A DNA stretch of 64,000 nt. Origin: Psammoneis japonica (lineage: Eukaryota). This document shows, in pieces, positions 60,701 to 64,000 of the stretch (position 1 is the first letter of the stretch; each line of letters starts with the position of its first letter). The position numbers and the translations under genes are program-made. Location of the stretch: NCBI GenBank assembly GCA_008632985.1, contig QPGO01000038.1, positions 273,939 to 337,938 on the forward strand, in the 5' to 3' direction. A model generated the notes under the pieces. The model was given only the letters and a program-made list of their open reading frames with translations, searched no databases and was not told the origin of the DNA.

Positions 60701-63088
60701 GTTGTGATGATGTGCCCCAACACCGCTGAGCTTCCTGCCCTGTCCAGCAGCCTCCAATTCCTTGACAAACTTGTCACTGACAAAGACTCCGTCATCCAAT
60801 TGGCACTTTTGAACAGCAATGCCTGCAGAAGCAGCCTCCCTCTCAAAGGCCACTTTGCTCTTGACAGTCTCGAAAGCACCTGATGAAACTTGGTGATGCA
60901 CAGAGACCTTGCCCAAAGCAATGTCAACAAAAACAGCACCACCACCACATTTGTCCCTGCCTCCTTCATCTTGCCACAGGATTGGAGTGGACGTCCTCAT
61001 GTTGAAGAGACACGCTGATCAGTGGCTGCCAGCTGTCCAGGATGAAGAATGTTTGCCTTCATGGCTTGATCCTGTTCCGGAACCTTGCCAGTCTTGGTCG
61101 CACCGGTGGAACAACGAGTCATTCCACCGCACTGACATGAAGCACATTTGGGATTTGGCACGGACGTAGAACCAACAATCCTTGCAGCATCTCCAAGGTG
61201 CCCTTGACAAGCCAACCATTTGACATGATCAAACCCAAGATGACCAAGACGAAAATGCCACTGCAATGGTCGCTTCTGCTTCGCAGACAAATTTTGGTTG
61301 AATTTGTTGGCAACACATGCGTGGATTTGCTTCTTCTGTGCAATGGTGGAGAAATTGTTTCTCCCAATCACCACTGGCAGGTCATTCGCCTTGTGATGAG
61401 GCATTGCAATCTTGCCGCCATCCCTCCATGAGAAGAATGCATGATCCTTGGAAGTGTTGATGTCGAGCAGACATCCCACCCCACTTCCTTCTTTGTCGTG
61501 ACCACAGTGCGTTGCACTCAACAATCACATGGGAGAGGAGAGAATGAAGAAACAACTTGTGCAAATGTGTCACTCTCATCCTGTGTCATCGAATGCCATC
61601 CATTCAACAATGCCAGTGCCCTTGACATCAACAGGTCCTCTGACTCTGAGTGAAGTTTTGGAGTCCGTGAACAACTCGAGGGTCCCTGGCACGAAATCAT
61701 CCACATCACAAGTGGAGGCAATGTTCACACCAGAATCGAAGAGCATTTCGAATTGCTTGTCATGGGGAGCCAAGAAAGTCATGGGCAAGTGATCTGTCTG
61801 CTCCTTCAAATCGACGTTCGCGAAGATTCGTGTGAGCGTGCATGAGATCAATTCCGAATTTGAAAATTTGAAATCTCCAGTCGTGTGAGCTGTTGGGACT
61901 CGACAGCCACAAGCACACTGCACTAAACCAGAATTCAAAGGGACAGAATCTGCATCTTGATGTTCCATGAGCTCTTAAATCGAATCGTCACAACAGGAAC
62001 CACAACACGAGAACTCAAAATCAGGCATCTTGTTGAGCAGACGATCAAGTTCTTGAGGTGTCATGAACCGTTTCTTGGAAGACTCAGGCTGCAGGGCTTG
62101 ATGAACCCCAATGAACATCAAAATGACAACCAACAAATGAATGAATCGGTGACAAAAAACTGAACCGAGTGCGCTTTGTTGGGTCTTGTGGAACAATTCT
62201 TGCTTGGATGACATTCCTGGATCGGGCGGCTCCTTGTTGTTGGGTGTCTCCACATCTCTGCAAATGAATCCAGGCATCCACAAGAAAGCCCATGGATGAC
62301 ACCCATAAATTGCAAAACGTGTCATGGCAAAAGCCCACACAGATGTCATGTGCACCGACAAAATGTTGAGGACTTCAGGGTGCATCTTGAGAGGAACTTG
62401 TCCTTGCTCTTGTTTGACATTGGTCTCCCTCTGACGATCAGTTTGGACAAGATTTGGGCCTTTCATGAACAGCAAACTGATGATGAAACTCATCCACTGG
62501 CCCACCAGTTTAACATCGTTCGTGCGAAGTGCAAGCCATGCAGATGCGATTGTTTGTTTGACTCACCACCGGAGCAGACAAATCTTGAGGTTGACCTTGA
62601 TCAGTGCCTTGAATGGAGGGATCCCAATTCACACGACATTCATTGGAATTTGCAGCACGGCCCTCTGACTGGTCTTGAGGCACAGCACTGTTCCCAGCAC
62701 TCGGATTCCGCACCGGATGACAGTTTGGGTTAGGACCCCCCTCTCAAGCAGCATGATTCGATGTCTCGTGAGTGGTCCAGCAAGCACATCTGCCACACCA
62801 ACACTCGGTGACACCGTTGGCCACATGAGCATGAGGCTCATCATGCCTGGGAGGAATCCTGCGAGGATCCCTTGGAGGTCCTCGACCACTGTCATTGTCT
62901 CCATGACCACCTCAACCACGTCCACGGCCTCCTCTGCCACCTCGGCCTCTTCCTTGACCTCAGCCACTGCGTCCACCACGTCCACCACACGGCCGCCTCC
63001 TTGAACAATCGGGTGAGGGCAATCAGGACAAACATGGCCCTTTTCGCCACAATTGCAGCAGGTGCAATCATCTTGACAGGTGAGAAAG

Positions 63089-63539
63089 TGCAGCATGCAT
63101 GCAGACAAAAGGTTGTTTTGTCATGCCCTTTGTGACATTTAAAGGCTGCAACACGTCGCCGTGACACATTGACTCTCACTGGCAGCTGTGTGTTGCACTC
63201 CTCCCCATGTGTCACGCGTCCATGTGGCTCTTTGCCAATGTGCGCTGACACTGCACGGTTTTGGCAGAACAGTGTGGGTGCGCACGAAGGAACACACAGA
63301 ACTGCACATAGTTTAACGCGTTCGACAGTGATCAACGTTGCTGCAGACAACTCCCACTCAGGGTTTCGAACCCCTGGCCTCCTGCCTGATGGTTATGATG
63401 AACCACTCCGCCATGAATTCACAATCACAACGCAGCATGCATGCAGACAAAAGGTCATTTTGTCACGCCCTTTGTGACATTTAAAGGCTGTAACACGTCG
63501 CCGTGACACATTGGCTCTTGTTGGCAGCTGTGCATTGCA
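63089..63539 (-). mobile_element. TRIM (miniature LTR element) inserted in the copia gag
   Basis: 109-bp direct repeats 63089-63197 and 63431-63539 with TG/CG...CA ends; 4-bp TSD AAAG (63085-88, 63540-43); PPT GGGGAGGAG on the - strand (63198-63206). Confidence 0.9.
63350..63420 (-). promoter_or_regulatory. tRNA-derived Pol III A/B-box segment inside the TRIM
   Basis: - strand TGGCGGAGTGG (A box) and GGTTCGAAACCC (B box/T-loop) at tRNA-like spacing; no clean cloverleaf. Confidence 0.6.
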
Positions 63540-64000
63540 AAAGGACGCAGCTCCAGAATCGCCTTGATTCAAAGGCGTCCACTTGTCACGATCAACCAAG
63601 CTTGTGCAAGCCTCTTGTTGGCACGCACAACAAGATCAGTGCACGCGTGCCTCATGGGATCAATGTCGACTTCATTGAAGACAATCAAGAGCTGAATCCT
63701 GAAGGTCTTGACAGCAGATGTCGCAAGTCCTTCACACATGATTGAAGAAGCATCTTCAGGCAACTTGTGACATCCTTCCAGCTTCCTGCAAATCTCCACA
63801 ATCTTTGCAGCACAATGCAGCTCATTCATGACCAGCTTGAAAATCACGGGTCCACACGCAGGACCACAGACACACTTTTTTGGACATCACCATGAAGAGC
63901 AACGCCAATGGAGTTGAGAAAGAACTTGGCGGACCAAAGCAAGTTCTGCTTGTCATGCTGGTCACCATTCAAGAGCAACTCTTGCACGTGGTCTTCAATC

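Larger units (their letters stand above)
57456..64000 (-). mobile_element. Ty1/copia LTR retrotransposon (CoDi-like), degenerate; runs off the window end
   Basis: Order on the - strand: gag and zinc knuckle CCNCGEKGHVCPDCP (~63000-63070), protease LFDSG (~61740), GAG-pre-integrase WHFRLGHLGF, integrase (~60125-61000), RT (TWAFKVKRHPDG..KFKARFC, ~58600-59570), RNase H (WASKLQTE..FEDN..QLADVFTKG, ~57990-58518), PPT GAGAGGGAGAG (~57773-57783). Confidence 0.95.

Noticed and set aside
57990..61524. Alternative genetic code (His/Cys codons read as Tyr)
   Set aside because: Neighbouring genes use standard Tyr codons, and the element also has stops and frameshifts.
63350..63420. Functional tRNA gene
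   Set aside because: A and B boxes are present, but the acceptor, D and anticodon stems do not pair convincingly, and it lies inside a TRIM.
1..64000. Classical fungal RIP or CpG deamination alone as the cause
   Set aside because: RIP raises TA and lowers CA/TG, the reverse of what is seen. CpG decay cannot turn Tyr codons into His/Cys.

Overview
Eukaryotic nuclear DNA, most likely from a pennate diatom (inferred from bipartite signal + 'xxF' plastid-targeting N-termini, short GT-AG introns and a CoDi-type Ty1/copia). The window alternates between two sequence states. (1) Ordinary gene-rich blocks encode an EF-hand protein, a sulfotransferase, an FG-GAP/ASPIC protein, a flavin amine oxidase, a decayed urea-transporter/EF-hand gene, a double aspartyl protease, secreted and plastid proteins, an MDR oxidoreductase, an R-S-ExE ADP-ribosyltransferase and a type II NADH dehydrogenase. 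Many of these carry single frameshifts that are probably assembly indels. (2) Sharply bounded blocks (~1-10850, ~12230-14340, ~17720-19330, ~38290-40960, ~43100-47450, ~56300-64000) contain transposons and pseudogenes in which TpA is almost erased and CpG is reduced, both converging on TpG/CpA. Conserved Tyr codons of the copia and LINE proteins have become His/Cys, and paired LTRs/TIRs differ by reciprocal TG/CA changes. This points to a post-insertion, double-stranded, TE-targeted A-to-G (T-to-C) hypermutation at TpA. It is RIP-like in effect but with different chemistry, and I know of no described equivalent. Also present: nested TIR/foldback elements, a piggyBac-like MITE, a TRIM with a tRNA-like core, and a pair of paralogous microproteins. 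All counts and alignments were made by eye; none were computed.
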